DNA of 29,592 nucleotides, taken from Bacteroidales bacterium. GTDB lineage: Bacteria > Bacteroidota > Bacteroidia > Bacteroidales > SMBSF39. The position numbers and the translations under genes are program-made. The DNA lies in the NCBI GenBank assembly GCA_021107685.1, contig JAIOSH010000130.1, forward strand, positions 1 through 29,592, written 5' to 3'. Below, piece after piece: positions 22,861-29,592 of the stretch. Positions within the stretch are counted from its first letter, which is position 1; the number at the start of each line of letters is the position of its first letter. The notes under the pieces are model-generated. The model saw only the letters and a list, made by a program, of their open reading frames with translations. It did no database searches and was not told the DNA's origin.

Positions 22861-23988
22861 ATGAAAATGAAATTATTTTATTTGAATATTTTACTTTCGG
22901 TACTATCTTTAAATCTATTTTCCCAAATTCATACAGATACAATATTTTCCTGCGAATGGAATGAAATAAACCATAAGTGGGAAACTTTTGATAGAATTAT
23001 TACTAAATATAACAATGATATTAAAATATCGGAGTTAGTTCAACTTAAAGAGAGAAATACCTGGAATAATTATTATTTAACAGTATTTAATTACAATCTT
23101 AATAATCAAATAACAGAAGAATTTGAACAATATTGGGATGAGTATGATAATAAATGGGTAGATAATTATAAATTAACATATATTTTTAATTATAATGGAA
23201 AGTTAGATACTTTAGTACATAAAAATATATTTAATAAAAATTCTATAGATGCATCAAGAGAAATCATGATATATCATTCCAATGGAAAAGTAAAAGAAAA
23301 AATTGTTCAACAATATTATAATTCCTGGAAAAATTTTATAAGGTATCAATATTGTTATAATATGGATAACGTATTATTAGAAGAAAAAATGAGTTACTGG
23401 AATGTTGATGATTGGGATAATTCATACTATAAATGGATATATAAATACAATACTAACGGACAATTAATTGAGAAAATTAAAAAGCAAAATTATGGTTCTT
23501 ATTTTATTGATAATTCAAAGGATGAGTATAATTATGACGAAAATGGTTATCTTAATGAATATAGCTTAAAAATTTGGATTCCATGGAATAATATATGGGA
23601 AAATTCAAATAAAATCCAATATACTAATGATGCCAATGGTAATGTATTAAAAACATTAAATCAAAACTGGGAAAACAATAAATGGAAAAATAATTTTCAG
23701 TCAAAATATTCCACTAATTCAAATTTTATACCTGATAAAAATTTTATTAATGGAAAAACATTTACTATATATCCAAATCCTTTTAAAAATTCTGCAAAAA
23801 TTGAATTTGAAAATCCAAACAGGGAACTTTACCTTGTCAGAATTATGGATAAAGATGGTAAACTTGTAAATCTATGCAAGACTTATGAAGATTTCATAAT
23901 AATAGAAAGGAATGATTTAAAAAGAGGAATATATTTCATTGAATTACAGGGAAGTAGTTTTTATTCAGGAAAATTTATCATCGAATAA
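22861..23988 (+). CDS. T9SS type A sorting-domain protein with about nine ~30-aa Y-x-Y-[DN]-x-x-G / W-rich repeats
   Basis: Signal peptide ending LFS-Q. Repeats such as YNYDENGYLNEY..KIW...WEN and YTNDANGNV...QNW..NKW. C-terminal FTIYPNPF...DGKLV...GIYFI...KFIIE. Confidence 0.88.
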   Translation: MKMKLFYLNILLSVLSLNLFSQIHTDTIFSCEWNEINHKWETFDRIITKYNNDIKISELVQLKERNTWNNYYLTVFNYNLNNQITEEFEQYWDEYDNKWVDNYKLTYIFNYNGKLDTLVHKNIFNKNSIDASREIMIYHSNGKVKEKIVQQYYNSWKNFIRYQYCYNMDNVLLEEKMSYWNVDDWDNSYYKWIYKYNTNGQLIEKIKKQNYGSYFIDNSKDEYNYDENGYLNEYSLKIWIPWNNIWENSNKIQYTNDANGNVLKTLNQNWENNKWKNNFQSKYSTNSNFIPDKNFINGKTFTIYPNPFKNSAKIEFENPNRELYLVRIMDKDGKLVNLCKTYEDFIIIERNDLKRGIYFIELQGSSFYSGKFIIE

Positions 23989-23999
23989 TCAAAACCTGT

Positions 24000-24998
24000 T
24001 TATTTTTCTTCAAGAACCACAGTTAGAACTGTTTGACCTACAACTTTTAATGTCCACTTATCAATTATTTTAATGTTATCCTTTACTGTATGCCAGTATG
24101 GAAAGAAAGTTCCATTCGGAGAAGTTGTATCAAGGTGTATAATATCTATCGTAGGTATTTTTTTAATTTTATTAACATAATAGTGATCATCAGTTATATA
24201 TCCTCCTTCCTCAAAAAGAAAATAATCAATATAACCAATTTTATGAGCAATATTCCAGACTTTTTTCACAATTTCCGGAGCATAATATAATGACCAACCT
24301 TCCATTAAAAATCTCGCATCACTAGCACCAACCATATCCAATAAGATTCCATATTTTGCGAAATAATTAGTTTTATGCGGATTTTTTGACCAATATTGTG
24401 AACCTAAGCCCCATGTATCTTCATTACCTTGTGTTTGACTATCCTGTGGTTCGCCATAATCTTCCGTATCAAATAAAATAATATCAACGCCTATTGTGGG
24501 TCTTGAAAGATGTAATTGTCTTGCTATTTCCAAAAGCACTCCAACACCACTTGCACCATCGTTTGCACCGTCAATAGGTGTTCTATGATTTTTTTCATCA
24601 GGATCATGGTCGGCAAAAGGACGGGAATCCCAATGAGCAGATAGAAAGATACGATTGTTTGTTTCAGGATTAAAGGAGGCAATGATGTTTTTTCCATTAA
24701 GTACAGTACCATCAAAAGCTCTTGTTTTAAATTTTTGAATAATCACTGTATCAGAAAAAGATTTTAATTTAGAATATAAAAACTCGCTACACTCTGTATG
24801 CGATTTTGTGTTTGGAACTCTAGGGCCAAAGTCAACCTGCATTTTTACATAATGAAAAGCAGAATCTGCATTAAACTCGGGTATTTTTACTTTAACTTCT
24901 TCTGTTTGTATTGAGCTTATTGATTCGGTATTATCACTACCTCCGCAAGAATACAGGATTATGCTTAGAACAAAAATATAATTTAAAAAATGTTTCAT
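24000..24998 (-). CDS. M28-family lipoprotein, probable type II glutaminyl cyclase
   Basis: Lipobox LYSC; DFGPRVP, AHWDSRP.AD, GANDGASGV, FDTEDYG, LLDMVG, ITDDH, WHT. This is the pattern of Bacteroidota QCs such as P. gingivalis QC. Confidence 0.85.
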   Translation of the reverse strand: MKHFLNYIFVLSIILYSCGGSDNTESISSIQTEEVKVKIPEFNADSAFHYVKMQVDFGPRVPNTKSHTECSEFLYSKLKSFSDTVIIQKFKTRAFDGTVLNGKNIIASFNPETNNRIFLSAHWDSRPFADHDPDEKNHRTPIDGANDGASGVGVLLEIARQLHLSRPTIGVDIILFDTEDYGEPQDSQTQGNEDTWGLGSQYWSKNPHKTNYFAKYGILLDMVGASDARFLMEGWSLYYAPEIVKKVWNIAHKIGYIDYFLFEEGGYITDDHYYVNKIKKIPTIDIIHLDTTSPNGTFFPYWHTVKDNIKIIDKWTLKVVGQTVLTVVLEEK

Positions 24999-25023
24999 TA
25001 TTATATAGTTTATTAGTTATTAT

Positions 25024-26379
25024 TTAAAATGTTAAAGTAAATACTGTCCCTTCATCAGGTTTTGATTTTACAGAAATATTTCCTTTATGCAAATGCATAA
25101 TTTGTCGCGAAAGACTCAGACCTATACCGGAACCATCTTTTTTTGAAGTAAAAAACGGCATAAATATTTTATCAAGATTATCAGGTTTTATACCAAAACC
25201 ATTATCTATAATATCAATTATTGTTTTGTTATTTTTATTATTATAGGCAATTATTGAAAGTTGAGGTTTTTTCTCGCCTTTAACTGCATCAATTGCATTA
25301 AGCAATAAATTAATAATAACCTGATCCACAAGGTCAGGGTCAGCAGTTAGCATTAATTCTTCGGGAAATAGTTTATAAGTATATTTAATATTTAATTTTT
25401 TAAATTTAGGTTTCAGTAATTGTTCAGCCCTTTCAAAAATATTTTTTACAGGGAAGTATCTGAAATTGGGTTTTGGAATACGTGTAAGATTCCGGTATAT
25501 TTCAACAAAATTCAATAATCCCTGACTCCTGTTTTGAATTGTCAATAATGCATTTTCAATATTATAAATATCATCTTTGTTAAGTTCATTGACCTTTAAA
25601 TGTTTATCATTCGTATCTATTAACATATCTTTTACAGTAGTAGCGAGAGATGATATTGGTGTGATTGAATTCATTATCTCATGTGTTAAAACCCTGATTA
25701 ATCTTTGCCACGATTCAATTTCTTTTTCTTCAAGCTCGGTATGTATATTTTGTAATGAAACTAAAAGAAATTCCTCACCTCTCATCCGGAATTCTGTTGC
25801 ATATATTGATATTTGCATTAGTTCGTCTTCAATAAAAATTTTAATCAGGTTTTTATCTCCGGCTCTCATTTTTAACAAAAGTTCAGGAAATTCAGAATTT
25901 ATTCGTTCCAGTTCTTTAATATTTCTTAAATTGATAATTCTGAACATTCTCTTAAAAGCATTATTGATCATATCAACTTTTCCATCTTTTTTATATGAAA
26001 TAATACCTATGCTTACATGTTGTACTACTGTTTGAAGATAATTGAAATGCTCTTCTTTTTCAGCTCTGTTTTTTTTAAATTCATTCATTACTTCATTAAA
26101 AGAATTGCTTAACTGCTCAAAGTTTTTTCCTAAACCTTTATCAGTAAAAGAGCTTGAAAAATCAGAATGACGAATGCTTTCCAAAAACTGGGTAATTTTT
26201 TTATTGGTTCTTTCAACGTATCTGATTAAATAATAAGTTTGTAAAAAAATAATAAATCCTATAATAACCCCACTGATCCTGTATTTATCAATAGTAAGCA
26301 AATAAACAAGAATAAAGGCAGAAAAGACTAATAATAATATTCTGAATATAATTACTACCCTGAATTTTTTATAAACCAT
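25024..26379 (-). CDS. Sensor histidine kinase (two TM, PAS-like, HisKA, HATPase)
   Basis: H-box LTHEIMNSITPI, N-box NLLLNA, DNGFGI, FMPFFTSK..GSGIGL. ATG at 26379 chosen over the TTG at 26388. Confidence 0.92.
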   Translation of the reverse strand: MVYKKFRVVIIFRILLLVFSAFILVYLLTIDKYRISGVIIGFIIFLQTYYLIRYVERTNKKITQFLESIRHSDFSSSFTDKGLGKNFEQLSNSFNEVMNEFKKNRAEKEEHFNYLQTVVQHVSIGIISYKKDGKVDMINNAFKRMFRIINLRNIKELERINSEFPELLLKMRAGDKNLIKIFIEDELMQISIYATEFRMRGEEFLLVSLQNIHTELEEKEIESWQRLIRVLTHEIMNSITPISSLATTVKDMLIDTNDKHLKVNELNKDDIYNIENALLTIQNRSQGLLNFVEIYRNLTRIPKPNFRYFPVKNIFERAEQLLKPKFKKLNIKYTYKLFPEELMLTADPDLVDQVIINLLLNAIDAVKGEKKPQLSIIAYNNKNNKTIIDIIDNGFGIKPDNLDKIFMPFFTSKKDGSGIGLSLSRQIMHLHKGNISVKSKPDEGTVFTLTF

Positions 26380-27748
26380 ATTTTTCAATTCTCCTGTATA
26401 GTGATGCCCTTGTTAAACCTAATTCTTTAGCAGCTTTACTAATATTTCCTCCATGTTTATCAATTACTTTACGAATAAGTATTTTTTCCGTTTCTTTAAG
26501 ATTCATGCTATTTGATTTTAATTCATTAGTTTTATTATCATCAATTTGAGAAAGGAAAAAATCATGAGGTTCTAATTTATTAGTTTCACTCATTATTACA
26601 GCCCTTTCAACAGAATGTTGTAATTCTCTGATGTTTCCGGGCCAATTGTGCTTTTCCAATCTTTTAAGAGTGGCAGCATTAATTCGTTTTAAAGGTATTT
26701 TATATTTTTTACAATATATTTCTAAAAAATGATCTACCAGTAAAGGAATATCTTCTAAACGTTCTACAAGAGAAGGTATTTGAATTTCAACAGTATTTAT
26801 TCTGTAAAGTAAATCCTGACGAAATTTATTATTACTAACCATTTGGTATAAAGGCATATTAGTTGCACAAATCAACCTTACATCAATGGGAATTTCAATA
26901 TTTGAACCTAAACGTACCACTTTTCGGTTCTGAAGAACACTAAGTAATTTTGATTGTAAACTAAAAGATAAATTACCAATTTCATCTAAAAAAATAGTTC
27001 CTTTATTTGCTGCTTCGAACCTGCCGGCTCTGTCTTCTTTCGCATCAGTAAATGCTCCTTTTTTAAATCCAAACAATTCGCTTTCAAATAAAGTTTCGCT
27101 TATAGCCCCTAAATCAACACTGATAAAAATTTCATCTTTACGATTAGACGCTTTATGTATTGCTCTTGCAATCAATTCTTTGCCTGTGCCATTTTCTCCT
27201 AATATCAAAACATTTGCCTCGGTAACGGCTACTTTATTAACATTTGCTAATACTTTTTGCATAGCCGGTGCCTCTCCAATAAGATTTCCATAAGATTGGT
27301 CTCTATCAGCCAACAATACTTTTTGCTTACATCTTAAATCTTCAAGTTCTTTTTTTGATTGACGAACTTTTAAATTTGCAGTAATAGTGGCAAGTAATTT
27401 TGTATTTTCCCATGGTTTTAGTAAAAAGTTTGTTGCACCTTCCTTTATTCCCTGCACAGCTAATTCTATATCACCATAACCTGTAATAAAAATTACAACA
27501 GCAGCAGGATCAATTTCTATAATTACATTTAACCAATGAAAACCTTCTTTACCACTTGTTGCATCTCTGGAAAAGTTCATATCTAAAAGAATAAGATCGT
27601 AATTCTCATTTTTTAAAAGAACAGGAATATTTTCAGGATTTTCTTCGGTATGAACTATTTCAAAATGCTGTTTGAGAAAAAGTTTTGCTGCAAGCAACAC
27701 ATCCTTGTCATCATCAATGATCAATATTTTTGCATCTAATTTGCTCAT
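26369..27748 (-). CDS. NtrC-family sigma54-dependent response regulator (REC-AAA+-Fis HTH)
   Basis: IIDDD, LLDMN, GENGTGKE, ESELFG..KGAFTDA, FLDEIG, DLLYRINTV, WPGNIREL, and NISKAAKELGLTRASLYRR. Start at ATG 27748, because the 27808 start lies upstream of the -7 box. Confidence 0.93.
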   Translation of the reverse strand: MSKLDAKILIIDDDKDVLLAAKLFLKQHFEIVHTEENPENIPVLLKNENYDLILLDMNFSRDATSGKEGFHWLNVIIEIDPAAVVIFITGYGDIELAVQGIKEGATNFLLKPWENTKLLATITANLKVRQSKKELEDLRCKQKVLLADRDQSYGNLIGEAPAMQKVLANVNKVAVTEANVLILGENGTGKELIARAIHKASNRKDEIFISVDLGAISETLFESELFGFKKGAFTDAKEDRAGRFEAANKGTIFLDEIGNLSFSLQSKLLSVLQNRKVVRLGSNIEIPIDVRLICATNMPLYQMVSNNKFRQDLLYRINTVEIQIPSLVERLEDIPLLVDHFLEIYCKKYKIPLKRINAATLKRLEKHNWPGNIRELQHSVERAVIMSETNKLEPHDFFLSQIDDNKTNELKSNSMNLKETEKILIRKVIDKHGGNISKAAKELGLTRASLYRRIEKYGL

Positions 27749-27786
27749 ATCAGTTATTTTTGAGATTGAATTTATAAATAATTTAG

Positions 27787-27818
27787 CAAATTTATAAATA
27801 ATGTTCAAAAACGAACAA
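27787..27818 (-). promoter_or_regulatory. Promoter of the TCS operon with an overlapping palindromic operator
   Basis: Minus-strand TAAATTTG (-7, 27787-27794) and TTG (27816-27818) with a 21-nt spacer. TGTTC-N6-GAACA (27802-27817) lies in the spacer. Confidence 0.55.
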
Positions 27819-27893
27819 TAAGTTTAAATTTTTTTACGTATAACATATTGTAAAAGGGCTAAAAATTTATTTATAAATTTGAGTTAAAAAAAG

Positions 27894-27924
27894 TTGACTT
27901 TTACTAAAAAATTGCTTATCTTTG
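27894..27924 (+). promoter_or_regulatory. Bacteroidota -33/-7 promoter of queA
   Basis: TTG (27894-27896), 20-nt spacer, TATCTTTG (27917-27924). Confidence 0.7.
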
Positions 27925-27966
27925 CACCCATTTTTTAAAAAACCTGACATATTTAATAATATAATT

Positions 27967-29016
27967 ATGAAATTATCCCAGTTTAGATTTTATTTACCTG
28001 CTGAATTAATTGCAAATCACCCACCTAAAAACAGGGATGAATCAAGATTAATGATACTTGACAGAAAAACTCAATCAATTGAACATAAAATATTTAAAGA
28101 TATTTTAAATTACTTTAATGAAGGAGATGTTTTTGTGATAAATAATACAAAAGTTTTTCCTGCCCGTTTATATGGAGAAAAAGAAAAAACAGGTGCAAAA
28201 ATTGAGGTTTTTCTTTTACGAGAATTAAATCAGGAAACGCGTTTGTGGGATGTAATGGTTGACCCTGCAAGAAAAATCAGAATAGGAAATAAACTTTTTT
28301 TTGGCGAAGATAATTCTTTAGTTGCAGAAGTAATAGATAACACAACTTCACGTGGCAGAACATTAAGATTTTTATTTGATGGCCCTTATGAAGAATTTAA
28401 AAATACTATTCAAAAGTTAGGAAAAACACCTTTACCAAAGCTTCATAACAGACCTATTGAACCTGAAGATGAAGAGAGATACCAAACTATTTATGCAAAG
28501 CATGAAGGTGCTATAGCTGCCCCAACCGCAGGTTTTCATTTTAGTCGTGAATTAATGAAACGACTTGAATTAATAGGTATAGATTTTTCCGAAATAACCC
28601 TTCATGCAGGTATGGGAAATTTCAGGAATATTGAAGTTGAAGACCTTTTAAAACATAAAATGGGTTCTGAAGAACTTATTATTGAAGAAGACCAGTCCGA
28701 AATAGTAAATAATGCAAAGCAAAATAAAAAAAATATTTGCGCAATTGGAACCACTTCAATGAAAGCTTTAGAATCTTCAGTATCTATTACAGGTAAATTA
28801 AAACCTTTTAAAGGCTGGACTAATAAATTTATTTTTCCACCTTATACATTCAGCGTAGCTAATAGTATGATTACCAACTTTCATTTACCTCAATCATCTG
28901 TTATGATGCTTGTAGCTGCTTTTGCAGGATTTGATTTTTTAATGAAAGCATATAAAGAAGCTATAGATAAAAAATATAACTTTTTCACTTATGGTGATGC
29001 TATGCTAATTATTTAG
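27967..29016 (+). CDS. queA: S-adenosylmethionine:tRNA ribosyltransferase-isomerase
   Basis: MKLSQF.F.LP.ELIA..P...[47 protein letters not shown]. Start at ATG 27967. Confidence 0.95.
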   Translation: MKLSQFRFYLPAELIANHPPKNRDESRLMILDRKTQSIEHKIFKDILNYFNEGDVFVINNTKVFPARLYGEKEKTGAKIEVFLLRELNQETRLWDVMVDPARKIRIGNKLFFGEDNSLVAEVIDNTTSRGRTLRFLFDGPYEEFKNTIQKLGKTPLPKLHNRPIEPEDEERYQTIYAKHEGAIAAPTAGFHFSRELMKRLELIGIDFSEITLHAGMGNFRNIEVEDLLKHKMGSEELIIEEDQSEIVNNAKQNKKNICAIGTTSMKALESSVSITGKLKPFKGWTNKFIFPPYTFSVANSMITNFHLPQSSVMMLVAAFAGFDFLMKAYKEAIDKKYNFFTYGDAMLII

Positions 29017-29071
29017 TCCATCCATTAATAGTATAGTATAGCTTTTACTATGTTAGGAATTTAAAGAAAAA

Positions 29072-29592
29072 CTATTGAAGTTTTTTAATAATACCGAATG
29101 GATTTAATTTATTCAAATACAATGTAAATCTTATCTTCTGCCAGTAATTGTCTGTTATCTCTTCGCTGTAATCATATAAATCTTTCGACATTACTATTGG
29201 AAAATAAAACTCGAAGACATTTCGTATTACTGAAATTTTTGCTCCAAATTCATACATAATATTTTCATGATTTTCCCATTGTGGGATTTCAAGTGTCTTT
29301 CCAAAACCGGCAATATTAACATAAATTTTTAATGGAATTTTTTTAGGAATGGGTAAAGAAGAAGTAAGATTTAAAGCGAGCAGCCAGTCATTGGTCTTTC
29401 CGATAGGAGTGTAAATTGCAAAACCACCATCGCTCCTGACAAATTGCTTTGACAGCACATTATAATCTGACGCATCTTCAAATCGTCCCAGAAACACATG
29501 GTCATAAGTATAATCCTGACAACCTGTGCTTCCGCTAAGCGTAAAATCGTAATTATGGAATGTATTATCTTCCTTATATAGGAATGCTCCGC
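29072..29592 (-). CDS. 3' end of a large gene (partial), probably a Bacteroidota M1-like/gluzincin metalloprotease
   Basis: The frame is open to the right edge: GAFLYKEDNTFHNYDFTLSGSTGCQDYTYDHVFLGRFE...GGF...FEFYFPI...NYWQKIRFTL. This resembles the C-terminal region of Bacteroidota aminopeptidase-like proteins as I recall them. The catalytic motif is not in the window. Confidence 0.55.
   Translation of the reverse strand, partial: GAFLYKEDNTFHNYDFTLSGSTGCQDYTYDHVFLGRFEDASDYNVLSKQFVRSDGGFAIYTPIGKTNDWLLALNLTSSLPIPKKIPLKIYVNIAGFGKTLEIPQWENHENIMYEFGAKISVIRNVFEFYFPIVMSKDLYDYSEEITDNYWQKIRFTLYLNKLNPFGIIKKLQ

Noticed and set aside
803-26035. Remaining short ORFs nested in larger genes (e.g. 803-1042, 1256-1465, 4022-4210, 5298-5540, 6746-6994, 7410-7655, 8049-8246, 8567-8923, 9342-9611, 11017-11214, 14495-14746, 14774-14962, 17027-17254, 20082-20342, 20413-20772, 20901-21149, 21999-22211, 24090-24290, 24524-24715, 25577-26035)
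   Set aside because: All are antisense or off-frame shadows of well-supported genes, with no family motifs.
27749-27966. Longer N-termini for the response regulator (27808) and queA (27922)
   Set aside because: These starts lie within or upstream of the predicted -7 boxes, and the family-typical N-termini begin at 27748 and 27967.

Overview
AT-rich chromosomal window from a probable anaerobic Bacteroidota bacterium. The lineage call rests on TAnnTTTG (-7) promoter boxes, a type IX secretion (T9SS) C-terminal domain, a Bacteroidota-type glutaminyl cyclase and an AsmA-family gene. Left to right: the 3' end of a MATE-like transporter; a 136-bp palindromic element; a five-gene operon (DUF134 Cys-rich regulator, two NifB/NifX-family proteins, two ferredoxin-inserted MinD-type ATPases) resembling the Desulfovibrio orange-protein (ORP) complex genes; a conserved GATase-like exported protein; a 123-bp MITE-like element; an orphan T9SS/FlgD-type C-terminal gene fragment; a 2004-aa gingipain-like C25 protease with a mosaic tail; a PAP2 phosphatase broken by an in-frame TAA; mazG; an AsmA-family gene; an S9 peptidase; a MacB-type ABC exporter operon; a T9SS repeat cargo protein; an M28 glutaminyl cyclase; a sigma54-type two-component system with a GAFTDA loop; queA; and the 3' end of a probable metalloprotease gene. 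No rRNA, tRNA, CRISPR array or transposase was seen. All family assignments come from motif recognition by eye; no database searches were run.
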